The notes under the pieces were generated by a model that was not told where the DNA came from, ran no database searches, and was given only the letters and a program-made list of their open reading frames with translations. A DNA stretch of 60,788 nucleotides, filler included, from Bipalium vagum (Eukaryota), in NCBI GenBank assembly GCA_037834085.1. It is 3 parts of 3 records of this genome, joined end to end, with 100 filler letters (N's around TTAATTAATTAA, not from the genome) between each part and the next. Parts side by side here need not be neighbours in the genome. Positions count along the whole stretch, not along the records: positions 1 to 20,243 come from JBBMKC010257157.1; positions 20,344 to 37,111 come from JBBMKC010094789.1; 1 more part is not named here. One strand, written 5' to 3'. This document shows, one piece after another, positions 11,783 to 24,322 of the stretch. Position numbers and translations under genes: made by a program. The first letter of the stretch is position 1. Each line of letters opens with the position of its first letter.

Positions 11783-12108
11783 GTAAGTGGCATGTTGGGC
11801 GCCATATTGAATTTTTCATTTCTTGTATTTCTGTATATTAATCAACGTGTTTTGTAATTTTATTTTTGATAAATATTCTTAATTACCTTTATTTCAAGTT
11901 CTTAAATTTTTTAAGGCATGACTTCTTTTTAAACGAAGAAATTTTGATTAGGATCTCACATTTCATAACGTGTTATTCAAGGTCATAATTTATTTAATAA
12001 AGTATTATGAAATTATGTTAACTGTGCTAAACGATCTTTAAACTCTATTTATATGATCTCACAGGTCTTTATATTGATTCAGATAAACTAATATTCATAT
12101 ATTAACAG

Positions 12109-12268
12109 AAATGATCACAACTATCGGCAAGTTTATGAATATGATAAGAAGATCAAACGGGAAATCGCCAATAATAATGAACGAAGAAGAATGCAAAGTA
12201 TTAATGTTGGTTTTGAAACTCTGAAGCAACTTTTACCTGTGACGATGGACGTTGAAAGGTTGAGTAAA
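12109..12268 (+). CDS. TFAP4: AP-4 exon 2 (basic region, helix 1, loop)
   Basis: Acceptor taacag|, encodes KIKREIANNNERRRMQSINVGFETLKQLLP..ERLSK (AP-4 signature REIANSNERRRMQSINAGF), donor |GTATGT. Confidence 0.93.
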
Positions 12269-13494
12269 GTATGTCATTTTATATTTTTCAATCGTCATTA
12301 ATATGGTCTTTATCATTTTGAAATATTGATTTTTCTATTTAATTTTTGAAAATTATTATTGAAAGATTAAAAAAGTGACTTTTCATCTGATTGAATTAAT
12401 TTATTGATAAAAAAAATCTGATTTAAAAACCTGTCATCGTAAAAAAGATTGATCATAGAAGAATAAGATCACAAGGAGTTCCGGTTCTTTTTTGGTATAA
12501 GAATGCACTTACCATTGGCTGTTAGTTTTCATTTCTCATAGTTCCTTTGAAAATATTGTTAATGTGGCGAATACCATTTATTTTTAGATTTTTCTTTAAT
12601 ATTTTTTTCAATGGATTGCAACATATCGCATGGTATAATTATATGTTCAATGAAAATCCTTTATAATATTTTAAAGATGAACATTTTTGAGTTATTGGAA
12701 TTGTTTTTTTATTTTTTTTAACAAAAAGTTTAGATTAAGCTTTCGTAAAAGCAGCAAACTTTTCATTTGTGAAAAGATTTTTTATAAGTGATTTGATATA
12801 ACATTGTTTGAAGTCATTTTCCCGAAGTCAGAATCGTTTTCGTTATATTAATTTGAAGACTATTAATTTTATTTTGAGAAGAAACTCAATAAATATTTGC
12901 ACATTGATATCGTGTTACAAATTATCATAAATTGGAACGTTTTTAAATTATCCGAAATCAGAAAAAGTACAATAATGAGACAAGAGCAATTTTCAAAAGC
13001 CAAAAAAGCATAGTGCTAATTACATTTAATGGTTGATTGTAAAATTTCTAATAAAATTGACGTTAATGATGCCAATTATGTATTTGAATTTTTGTTTACA
13101 TAAGCAAGTATGGTCACTTTATTCAGGCAGTTTTCTTAATTGTTAAGATGTATTAATATTGGTTGTTTTATCTTACTTTTATATTTTCTCAGATAAATAA
13201 ATTTGTTTAAATCGAAAATTCAAAAATATTTTGAAATTAAAATTTTTTTAAAATCATTAAATGAGAATTTAAGGTGTCAAAGTAAATATTTACATTTCAA
13301 AAAAAATTAGGCCAATAAAAGTTATTTAAATGAAGAATAAGAATTTGGTTCTTGAAAAACTCAAACATTGATTTCGTAATTTATATTTTGTAGTGAAAAA
13401 ATTTAAGCTTATCGTATTTTATAGGATATTAAAAATGCAGAATAAAATTATTTGTTAAGGAAATTAAAATCATGTACCTTTTATATTGATATTC

Positions 13495-13674
13495 TTTACG
13501 TTTCTCATACTAATAGCGATATCCATTCTCAAATGTTTAAAGATGACGAACAAAAGCCGAACGATTCACTATTAAAAGGAAATCCATCTAATGCACTAGT
13601 AAAAATCAATCATTTTATAACACCAATAATAATAATTCTGTAATAAAGCCGACTATCAATCCTTATACAGAAAA
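13495..13674 (+). pseudogene. Intronic partial duplicate of AP-4 exon 3 (copy of 15464-15665)
   Basis: Near-identical sequence (YVSHTNSD.HSQ.FKDDEQKP.DSLLKGNPS) with a 4-nt and an 18-nt deletion. Confidence 0.9.
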
Positions 13675-13807
13675 AATTTACCAATTTTCAGATAGAGTTA
13701 TTCCACCACGGAAAAAATTAGTGGATTTTTAGCAAAAAATTCTAGCAAATATTCTTCACATCCCTTTATAGAACTGAGCTTATAATGATGTTTTAAACAT
13801 CTTTCTA

Positions 13808-14992
13808 TATTATTTTGTAACATAAATTTTCGTGAATTTGAATAACATATATTTATAAGCAATAAAACAATTCATTTACAAATATTAATGAAAAATCAAT
13901 CGATAATGTAATTTCTGTTATTATTTAGGACTTTCGCCAGCCTTTCCATAGTTTTTCGAAATCTTTATTCCAGAAATTACTAGATCTACTCAGAAAGAAA
14001 TTGGTTAACAACTTTTTAAGGTCTCTTCTCAAAAACAATATCTTTCATTTGGTTTAACAGCGAGTGGAAAAGATAGAAATTTGTTAGCGCAATGTCTGAT
14101 GAATAAGGAGAGTGTTGAAGAACCTCCCAGATGAACTCTTGGTGTTTTTACGGTATATGCTATGAAAAGTTTCGCGTTTTATTCTTTCTCTTTCATATCG
14201 TTTACTCGACGCAATTAATTCGTATATAGGTGCTTGTCGTCTATCTGGTTTTCTGGACCATTTCCATGTGTCTGAGACGGTCCAATTCCACCAAAGAGAG
14301 ACCATAATTTCCTTAAGATTTTGTTTAATTTTGGCTGTTACTGTGCAAAGAGACAACTTCTTCCAGTGCTTCAAGTTTTTATACAAACACAATTTCTTGT
14401 CTCCTGTGATTCGATGAAGAAATCGTTCTTGTTGCTGCAAGTTACTCGGTTTTTGGCAAGATTTAAATTGCAATTTTTAAACGACCCTCTGATTTTTTTG
14501 TTCAGCCGATATGCCCATAAGCATCCAGTTTTTGACTATACCTATTTTTTTGACTACACCTATTTGATTTTAGGTGTCAGAAGACAAATCCCTGCATCTT
14601 TGACGTTCGTCCTCTTTCACAAGTGCAATCAACTATCAAAATTGGATGGTCGATAAGTATATGAAATGTTTTGAAGGTTGAATGTGCCATTTTCGAATTT
14701 TGCAACAGTCCAGACCAACAAATATTTTTTCTTATTCGTTTTAATTTTCCTGGATGTCTCTGCAGCTTTCTGACCTCGATTAATATAAATTAGCAATAGG
14801 TAGCGGAAATAGTTTTTTAATCATTTTTTCTGGCACTGGATAGTGAAATGTAAATAAAATTAAATGTCATTTAAAACTTCGCGGTTTTTTGTAGAGCAGG
14901 AAAAAGGTCTTTGGTATTAAAAAAATATGATTCCTTAAAACCAGACGATAGAAAAATAATAAATTCACGAAAAATAATGTTAAAACCCAATA
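13808..14992 (-). mobile_element. Decayed mariner element in AP-4 intron 2
   Basis: 32-bp imperfect TIRs including terminal TA (tattattttgtaacataaattttcgtgaattt / aaattcacgaaaaataatgttaaaacccaata). Transposase remnants FLHRITGDKKLCLYKN and IMVSLWWNW. Confidence 0.85.
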
Positions 14993-15099
14993 CTAACGCA
15001 ATTTAACATTTGATAAAACACAATGTTAAATTTTAATGCTTTAAAAGTACGAACATTTTTGCGCTCACCCAATATTTTTGATTTTTTATAATTTTTCAG

Positions 15100-15954
15100 G
15101 CATCAATATTACAATTTACGGCAAAGTACATCCAATCATTACTTGCACGATTAACGAGCTTAGAAAAAGAAATATCATCTTATAAAAATTCTCTTTTAAA
15201 TCACAAAGATAAAGTCATGCCTTCTAAACCCATGACGATCATACAGGAACAAAATCGTAAAAGACGTTTGAATAGTTGTACAGATGATTTGGAAGCCCTG
15301 CAAAATAATAATATTGATTCAAGCTTGGATATCACTATCAAAGAGAACGTTTCTGAACTTACTGAAGAAAATCGTCTATCACCGAGTTGCCAAGTGTCGG
15401 AAAAAATCCCTGGAAGTTTGGAACATTTAGTTGCTGCAATTGAACAGGTTGAAGGAGAAAAATTTTACGTTTCTCATACTAATAGCGATGTCCATTCTCA
15501 AATATTTAAAGATGACGAACAAAAGCCGAAAGATTCACTATTAAAAGGAAATCCATCTGATGATTGTACTAGTAAAAATCAATCATTTGATAACACCAAT
15601 AATAATAATCATCATAATAATAATAATTCTGTAATGAAGCCAACTATCAGTCCTTATACGGAAAAGATTATTCTCGCTGTTTCCCAGCATCCTCACATGT
15701 TTGAAAATAAAATTTCCAAATATTCTCTAACCGCGAGTCGTCAGCCAATCTATCAAATTATTTCCAACAAAAGATTTTCTGCTGACTCGATTGGTTTACT
15801 GTTCAACAAAACTCATTCTGTTGGTAGCAACAGCGGGTGTCAAGAAGGCAGTGATGTTTCAAAAAGATTGCCCTTATCTCACAAATATCTGCGGAAACCT
15901 CCAGACTTTGGATTGGAAAACAATCGCCATCATCACAATCATTATACATTGTGA
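15100..15954 (+). CDS. TFAP4: AP-4 exon 3 (helix 2, zipper-like segment, C-terminus); spliced product ~364 aa
   Basis: Acceptor tttttcag|GCA gives ASILQFTAKYI, continuing LSK (compare KLSKAAILQQTAEYI). In frame with ORF 15217-15954. LEHLVAAIEQVEG resembles the conserved AP-4 LDTIVQAIQHIEG motif. Confidence 0.92.
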   Translation, partial: ASILQFTAKYIQSLLARLTSLEKEISSYKNSLLNHKDKVMPSKPMTIIQEQNRKRRLNSCTDDLEALQNNNIDSSLDITIKENVSELTEENRLSPSCQVSEKIPGSLEHLVAAIEQVEGEKFYVSHTNSDVHSQIFKDDEQKPKDSLLKGNPSDDCTSKNQSFDNTNNNNHHNNNNSVMKPTISPYTEKIILAVSQHPHMFENKISKYSLTASRQPIYQIISNKRFSADSIGLLFNKTHSVGSNSGCQEGSDVSKRLPLSHKYLRKPPDFGLENNRHHHNHYTL

Positions 15955-16608
15955 GATAAGGGAATGAGATCATCTTGATGTTGGTGTCACTGTTTTGTAA
16001 CATTGCAATCGTTCTGGTTGAGTCTTTTGATCGTAATCGATTGAGAAAAATTTGTGCAATGAAAAAAACACAAAAGAATGTGACAAAAAGAAAAAAGAAA
16101 ACGGGATACATATTGAATGTAATTGATTTGTGATTAATGGTGGTTATGTATATAGATTTTAAGATTTTTCGAAATGTCACTCGTTTTGCTCACTTTATTC
16201 CTTTTCATTTCATTAAATTTTTTTACCGAAAGATTTTCGCGTCCTTATTGTATATCTCAATGTTTTTTCCCGGCCAAAGTTCTACGGTTAGCTTGAACTT
16301 AGGTTTTTAAGAAGTGCATCGTAAGATCACTTTCAGGTCGGATCTGAAAGTGTTTCAGTGTGGTTTTTTATTTTTTCAGCTGATTAGGTATAAGAAAGGG
16401 ATAAGATTTCGATATAAAGGATTATCGAAAGAATTGGCGAACTTAATTTGTTTGATGCAGACAAGTCCCGTTCGTTTGGTCGTTATGTTTGTCGGTGTAC
16501 ATGCAGGTTTCAGTCAATTAATCTAAACATTTTTTTAGAGATAATTTTATGATGTTCTTCATTTCATTTCATCTTTGTACACTTGTGGATATTGTCATGA
16601 TTGTGATC

Positions 16609-16614
16609 AATAAA
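16609..16614 (+). promoter_or_regulatory. Candidate polyadenylation signal of AP-4
   Basis: AATAAA followed by a GT-rich tract about 650 nt after the stop codon. Confidence 0.4.
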
Positions 16615-17329
16615 TTTATTGTACGTTGTCTTTAGGATTTGTTGGTTATAAAATTTGATTTTAGACAATATTGAAGAGTGAAATGAGAATCGATGTCAAA
16701 TAAATAATGATGTATATCATTCTTCCGCTAGGATAGAAATTTTAAAATTTTCGAATAATTATAATCTATGAGGAACAGGTTTATTTAGTTACTGCCAGTC
16801 TGGGTGTATTTTAAATATTTAAATTGAGAACATAAAAATTCTTATTTTAAATAGTAATATTTATTGTACAGGCTCTTGTGAGTCTTGTCTCAACTTTTCC
16901 CCCTAAGTAACTTATAAAAATTTAGTGTATTTTTGTATTTAGAAAGTTATTTGAACCAAAAAAAACTCGTTGGCTGATATAAACAAATCGTGAATCTATT
17001 TTAAATTAAATATGGAGTAGAAAGTCAAAAAACCGTGTTGCAGCGTATACTTTGTTGAATCTTCACAAACAAATACTTCTATATTAGAATAAAGAATAGA
17101 AATAACCAATTATTTTTAGTACAGTTATTATCTTTAGTATACTAAAAGAAATGATATTGATTTCAATCGGGTAATCAAATTAACTATAATGAAGTTAATT
17201 GAACAACGTCGTGATTTGACTTGTTTTTTATGAACGAAAAAGCGACTGGAAAAGACCAGATATTGTCAAGCATTTTGAATTTCCTAGTGTGGTCGTCATA
17301 TTAGTTTAAAAACTAATCGGGCAAAATTT

Positions 17330-20243
17330 TATTTAAAAAACAAGTTTTTTCTTTCACGAACTTAATCGTTTTTACATAAATGTGCACCTATTATGGCTTT
17401 GCTTCATCTTCATTTTGGAGCAGGTCATCATCGCAGTCGTCGAGATTTTCAGCAGCATCATCAAGCAGGCATTGAGGTTTTCATCTTCAATCTCGTAGAG
17501 CTCGGAGAAATTTACTGATTGTTTTCCAACATCTCTGTGAAATTTCCATTGCGCAGCACTCCATTTGATATTAGACACCACGCAGAATTTTCCGATTTTG
17601 GTTATTTGACATTTAGGAAATTAGAGACTTCTCAGAATTTCCTCATTCCCCTTTTGCCATGATCCAAGGCAGCCGACTTCGAACGTATCTAGCAGAACAG
17701 TCCAATCTGACAGGGCTTTTTTGGTCTGATAGAGAAGATCTTGGTAGTGAATGAGATTCTTCTCATGGTTCCAGTAGATGTTTTACTCTGTTTCATACGG
17801 ATATTTGATGTCAATAAGATACAGGACTTTGCGGTCCGTGAATTCAATCTGAAGGTTTTGTGGAATTGACGTATTGACTTTCAGCGTTTACAAAGACTTT
17901 GGCCTTTGAATTGTCTTTAATTTGTTTGGCCAGATAGTCTTGGATAGAATTATGGCGGTAGTTTAGAAATATTTTTCACGGAATGCAATCAACAAGAACA
18001 CGAGACAATGTCTCTTCTTGCTCACTTCATCTTCGGCATCCACGGAATTTTGAACCATGACAAGCATTGACCTGAATTTAATATGACCTAGGTCGATAAA
18101 TGAAATACCAAGCTGCGATATTTTGATTGATATTTCACCGTTGAAAATTGGAGTAGTGTATAATTTTGATTTGCCAATTGCTGATGCAAAGACACCTGCA
18201 CTTTCTTGACTGTTCCAACTATGATTCCAAGCATGATTGATTAAATTGTGAAGCTTTTTCGAAACAACTTTTGCATCAATTAGCTTCAAAATTGCTTCAT
18301 TCTGATAACTTGGGTCCAAATGTTGAAAATTTTCAGACATATTCCCTTTTCATTGCGTTCGAATTTGACATTGATTTTGTGTCTGGACTGCATTTGATTG
18401 ATTGCAGATCGAGTCTTCCTCCACCAACAATTCTGAAGATATATGAATGTCACCACGATTAAGCCATTCGAAAGCTTAATCGAGTGTAACTCGGTTAAAA
18501 AGACCAGGATTTGAGGCAGCACCAATTAAAGAAGAGATTGCCGTATCTCTAATAATTTTATATGGTGAGTTAAAGAGCTGAAATACATTTGCAATTGACT
18601 GAACCAGATATTGTCAGCTGCAGATATAATGTCAGCACCACCAAAACACTTTGGAGTATACATGTATTTAATGGAAGAATGACTTCCAAGACTAAGTATA
18701 CTTTTCAATAGACTTCGAATATTTGGTCATATGGCATTGACTCCTTGCGTCATCTCATTGAACGTTATGTAATTATTCCGATAAGCAAAAATCATTCGCG
18801 AATGAATAAAAGTGTGATTCAACTTTTGCCATGGGTAAAGAATGCTTTCGGAAAAAATTCGTAGGTGTTCGATAATGTCAGCAAATAACAATCGAGGTGG
18901 TGAATGAAGATTTTCACAAAATTCAAAACCCAAATATCGATATGTCTCATTAACATTCAATGTAGAAATTGAGGAATCACCAATTTTCAAAGGATATGCA
19001 TTTTAAACTTAAGGAACACGAAAAAAGCACACTTTGAAGGCCGAAATCTCAAATGGTGCCAAGATGACACTTGAACTGCGCGATCGAGGAGCCCTTTCAT
19101 GTGTGGACGATTTGTGGCTAAAAGAACAACATCATCTGCATAAGCAAGCGCGCTCAACTGGTGTTCTCGAATCAGAACGCCACCGCTCAACACTTGATCG
19201 AGACTGTTTAATATTGGGTTCATTCCAACATTAAACAACAACATAAATAACGGGCTTACCTGCCGAACACCCACATTAATTTTAATAGGATCTGTAGTAA
19301 GATTGCCGCACATAAAGTATGATTGACAATTACTGTACAGGGCTTCGATCAATCTGCACGATTGAGAGCCGACTCCCATTTTCCGAAAACAACCGGTTAT
19401 GAAAAAGATATAATTGCTGCCAAAAGCATCAGCAACATCAAAAAAAGCAATATGCAAGGGCATTTTCAGTTCTCGGCGATATCGGTAAATTAAATCACGA
19501 AGAGGAAAATCATGCTCAGAGCAACCATTAAAGGACCCAAACTCTTTTGCATAGGATGTAAAAGATTATTATTATTATTAGGCCAATCAGAAAGCTGTTT
19601 AGTCAAAGCCGAAGCAAATAATTTATAAGAACAATCAAGTCTAGCTTTTGGCGCCAAGAGTAAATATCGATATATTGTCCGATTTTCATGGGGTTTGGAA
19701 TAAGTAATGTTGAGAATGATTTCCATCTGGATGGAATAGAGGCATTCTCAATAATTCTATTAAAAAAGAGCACCATGAATATCTAACAAAGGATCACAAT
19801 ATTTGATATCAGAATATGTGATATTAATGATACCAGGAGCCGAATTCTTACATGATTTTAAAACTGATTTAAAAAAATCAGAATCAATTAGATGAAAATC
19901 AAACTGTGGACCATATTTAAAAAGATTATTGTCAAAAAAATTTAGACCAGTCACAAGCAGTAGAAACAATAGATTTTTGACTGTGATACTCAACTACATC
20001 ATCGGATGATGAAATGCAATCAGCTACAGTTTTATAAACAATGATCTTAAAAGCAGTTGATGGAGAAAATCGGTAAACTTTTCTTAGATTTAGAACAGTG
20101 GATGATATTTGACCTAAAGATTTACCAAGAAATAAGTTCTTTTCTTTAATCTGTCTCAATTCGTATATACACCCCCGTGCAAAAGTCTGAGTACACCTAT
20201 AAAAATCATATGATTTAGTAAAAAATGAATCTGGAATAAACAA
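17330..20243 (-). mobile_element. Decayed non-LTR retrotransposon with RT and restriction-like endonuclease (NeSL/Utopia-like); 5' end runs into an assembly gap
   Basis: RT motifs across frameshifts: NSAPG..ITY, AFFDVADAFGS, GVRQVSPL..LLFN, LAYADDVVLL, YRYLG, LYPWQKL. Decayed CCHC knuckle (CRR*..EETLSRVLVDC), RHNSIQ, LIDIKYPYE and VGCLGSW at about 17550-18050. Confidence 0.9.
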
Positions 20244-20343
20244 NNNNNNNNNNNNNNNNNNNNNNNNNNNNNNNNNNNNNNNNNNNNTTAATTAATTAAN
20301 NNNNNNNNNNNNNNNNNNNNNNNNNNNNNNNNNNNNNNNNNNN
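20244..20343. other. Artificial contig linker (44 N + TTAATTAATTAA + 44 N)
   Basis: Exactly 100 nt, with a palindromic six-frame-stop 12-mer; the identical structure occurs at 37112-37211. Confidence 0.92.
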
Positions 20344-20406
<63 letters not shown>

Positions 20407-20420
20407 TTATATTATTATTA
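20344..20420. repeat. (ATT)n microsatellite
   Basis: About 20 perfect ATT units, then decaying, at the contig edge. Confidence 0.95.
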
Positions 20421-22377
20421 GCATTATTAGTATCATAAATATATTTATAATAACTAAAATAATATTGAAGTTAATATTATATTAAGTTGATAATTATAAT
20501 TATTATTAACTTATAAATATTATTCAAATTAAGTCAATGCTGCATTGGTTTGTTTCTAAACTCATCACAGCAACAAGCGCTTTATAGCTATGCTTGCAGA
20601 GATACAAAAAGCTCGGTCTGACAGACAGAGAAAGAGACCTGTTGAATGAGAGGTGTAGAGGTCGACAATAAACGAAAACGATGCCTAACCTGTGTGAATG
20701 TATACAAGCCAGTTACAACTCAGCTAGAATTGCTAATGAGGGTAATATGATAGGCTTTTATAAAGTTGGTGAGTTGTAGCGGTACGCGTTACCAGGGCTT
20801 GTTTAATGAATTAGCATATTTTCTCTCGATCATACCGGTTAATAAGTCATTCCACAATTGAGTTGAACAATCACGATTCGCGCTTCATTTCACATATTTT
20901 TGTTCATTTTATTCTTGCGTTCCGTTTTTTTTCTAATAGTTTCGGATCAACTCTGTGTTGTTGGGCTCATAAGCAGCAGATTAAAGGCCTAGCATTTAAT
21001 CTAATGAGGTGGAACTTGAAAGATGAGTTAAATTTCTCAGACGTTGTTAAGTATATTTCACTGGAGTTAATGTAATTTTTGCAATTTCAAAGTTTTCATG
21101 TTTTTAATTTTTTAATTTGTTCCGAGTTTAAATTATTGATTTTTTACATAATTGAAACAAATAATATTAATATAATAATAATAAAATTTTTATTGGATTT
21201 GAAATTATTTTATTTATTTGCAAACTTATCTTTGGCCAGAATTATATATTTTTATAATTTATTATTTTCTATAATATAATTTCTGGACAGGTAAACATAC
21301 ATTTTAAAATTTCATATTCGTCAAATAAATTTTTTGTAGCGCATTTAATACATATTCATAAATATGTCAAACTAATTGATTTTCACAGAAGTATAACTTT
21401 CCCAATTGTTCAAAGTTTTCTAGTTGAATTCTTCAGACCATTTGAGCCTTTGCAAGGTATAAACCACTTGATCTTTTCATCATGAGCAATTAAATTTGAA
21501 AACATTCGTTTCCAGAAACAGAAATAGGACTAATAGATTTTATATTTTCTTTTTTTCATAATAATTTTTTCTTATTATTATTCAATGAATTTCCTTAATA
21601 TTAGATCAAAATAACAGACTCAGCCTAAACATCATTTTTCTCTTTTGTCAACAATTTTTCCTCAAAAATTCGAAATTTGAGATTATTTTTCAATGAGACA
21701 AGGTTTGGGAAATTTGTAATTGGAGGCAAATTTTTCAATTTTTTTTATTAATATCAAAAATATCTTCTAGACAATATCATACATTTAAGTATCACTTTTC
21801 TAACAATAATTCTTACTTCTTGATATTAAGATAACAAAGGAATTTATTAAATAAAATTTTAAAAATTAATAGTAATAATAATAATAATAAATAATAATAT
21901 TTTTATTTTTATTTTTAATATATCGATATTTATATTTATAATCTTGATATATATTTACTAAGAATGAGGGTGTTCAAGCAAATCCTAATTAAACGAATCG
22001 AGTCTCAACAAGAGTCAATTAAAAATGCCGATTATCAGTGGCTTCCCACCACCTAAATCATTAATGTCAAGCTATCGCTGAATGCCTTATTGAAACAATA
22101 GGTATTGTTGATCAACCTGTTTCAAAGAGCCTTTGACAATACACTCATTCTCTCTCCCTAATTGGTGATAACACTGATTCTAATTATTCACTAAAGGGCA
22201 CATTTCTCCTAGAAACAATAAATAATTCACAAAAGCAGCAATTTATTTATAAAAAGAATCATCTTGTACCAAAATTGCCAATTAGAAGAATAAACAAAAG
22301 AGATAATATTACATTTATTTGGAATTTACATATTACGGTAGATTATTATAGTATTGCTGCTCTCTATCATTCTGTCA

Positions 22378-22999
22378 TTAACATGTTGTATAGTTTGATA
22401 AATATGAATGACCGGAAAAATTGTGCGTCATCAAATTAAGTGTTGGCGAAGAAGGGAGGTTGGAATTATGATTAAGAGTAGAATGCGATTGGGCTGTCAG
22501 ACTGGAGTTAGCGTATGGATGGTGGGATACAGTATGTTGATAAAACTGATTGTGAGGATCAAAGTAAACATTCGGTGTCATCATTGCAGCAGCCGTAGCC
22601 CTATAAAGAGGAGAAGTATTCGATTGGGCTGCATGTAAACTTGGATTGTAATAGGACTGAAGCATTTGAAAACTATCTTGATACTCTCGTTGTTTGTTAT
22701 TAATCATAAATGAAGTGAATTTATCTTGTTCAAGTTGTGAATAATCGAACACTGTTGAATAGGGCGGAAATTGGTTGGGGCTGGAAAATTGCATTCCGAG
22801 CCTTTTAGATTCTTGATAGAAACCAGAAATGGAAATATGTTCTTTTTTAATGCCAGACTCCATTTGTTCAGCAGTCTTTGAACACATGTCTCCAATATTG
22901 GGCTTTACTCCCGCTTTAGACAATGTAATATCGTCTTTAATATTATTTGGACTATGGGAAATAAGTTTATCCACGATCGAATTAACTGAACCGTCATTA
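22378..22999 (-). CDS. Six1/2: Six1/2 homeobox gene exon 2 (Ser/His/Gln-rich C-terminal region)
   Basis: Acceptor ttttatttcag| at 23000, phase-compatible with the exon 1 donor (GG|T = Gly) and in frame with ORF 22378-22974. Spliced product ~487 aa. Confidence 0.85.
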
Positions 23000-24322
23000 C
23001 TGAAATAAAACAGAAACTTAATAATAAGGTATAATGCATTTTATTTTCAGAAAATTTCTACTCAAAAATATAATTAATTTCTCTTCATATTTATAATGAC
23101 TTTATCTCCCGCATTGTATCATCTGACTCTGTAGGAGTTGTATATCAAGCAATGAAAGAGTTGTCTGACAAAATGAAGTAATCAGAGGAAAAACCACCAT
23201 ATTAATGACAACGAACATATCACTACATCACCAACCGAGCCATGGATAACGGCTGGAATCTGGTAGTTTATATTTTCAACAATCACAATTTAAGGAATCA
23301 CAAATCTATCAAGATGCCATCATTAATTAGTGTCGCAGAAAATAATTTGTTTATGACACTTCCAATTTGTCAGTAAATATTTTTTGTAAAGTTTGTGTGT
23401 TGTGGAAGAAGTTCAAAAGCACCATGCCTGTTATCATTCGTTCGTTGGGGCCGGGAAATTCCAAATATACAATTAAAACTATTTACATACTTAGACCGGT
23501 TCGACTGGTCCAATTGAAAAACAATATCGACGATAATTAACTTGAAGAAAATTAATTATTTATTGTTTACCTGGAACAAGTGAGAGGTTTTAATTTACTT
23601 TTTTATCCACTTGATAAGGCAACAAATTTGTCGAAAGATGTCTGTTCAATGTCTTCGTCATGACGATTAACTATTTATTTTTCTACTCAATTACAAAATT
23701 AAAATAAAAAAAATCAAACGGTACGATCAAAAGCCTGGGGCGGTATCTTCTAAGTGATTCAATCCTGAACTATACATGATGAATATGGCAGCATTAATCT
23801 TCCCAAACCATAAACTGATTAGTGGACAATTTAGTGCGATTGCAACCAATCATGGGGTGAGTTTGTGCATATCACTGTGGTTTATATAAACAAGTGCCAC
23901 AGAATGATAATAGAATTTATTCCTTTGAACATTAAACCGTTTTTTATCATTAAGAAAAGATTACAGCTTATGCAAATATAAATTATTTAAACTTTTTGAC
24001 GACTTCCGTATGTATATATTAAAAGAATCAACTTTGCGAGAGTTGGAATTTATATTTTATAATTTATTATTATTATTATTAATTTTATTATTATCCATGA
24101 CTTTATTAATTTTCTTGTTATACATTTAAACAAAATAATAAATAAATACATCTGAAAAGAATTATTATATCTTTTATATTTCTTAATATTACACAAATGT
24201 ATTGTTCGGTTTTTATTTTTATTAAAAATATCTCTTAATATAAATAATAACTAATTATAATATAATGTATGGAGAAATACTTCATGTTTTTCTTATATTA
24301 TGATTGTTTGGAAACAACTTAC

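Noticed and set aside
20538-20573. Possible miRNA-like hairpin (tgctg..catcacagca)
   Set aside because: Stem too short and irregular; only a partial resemblance to the miR-2 seed.
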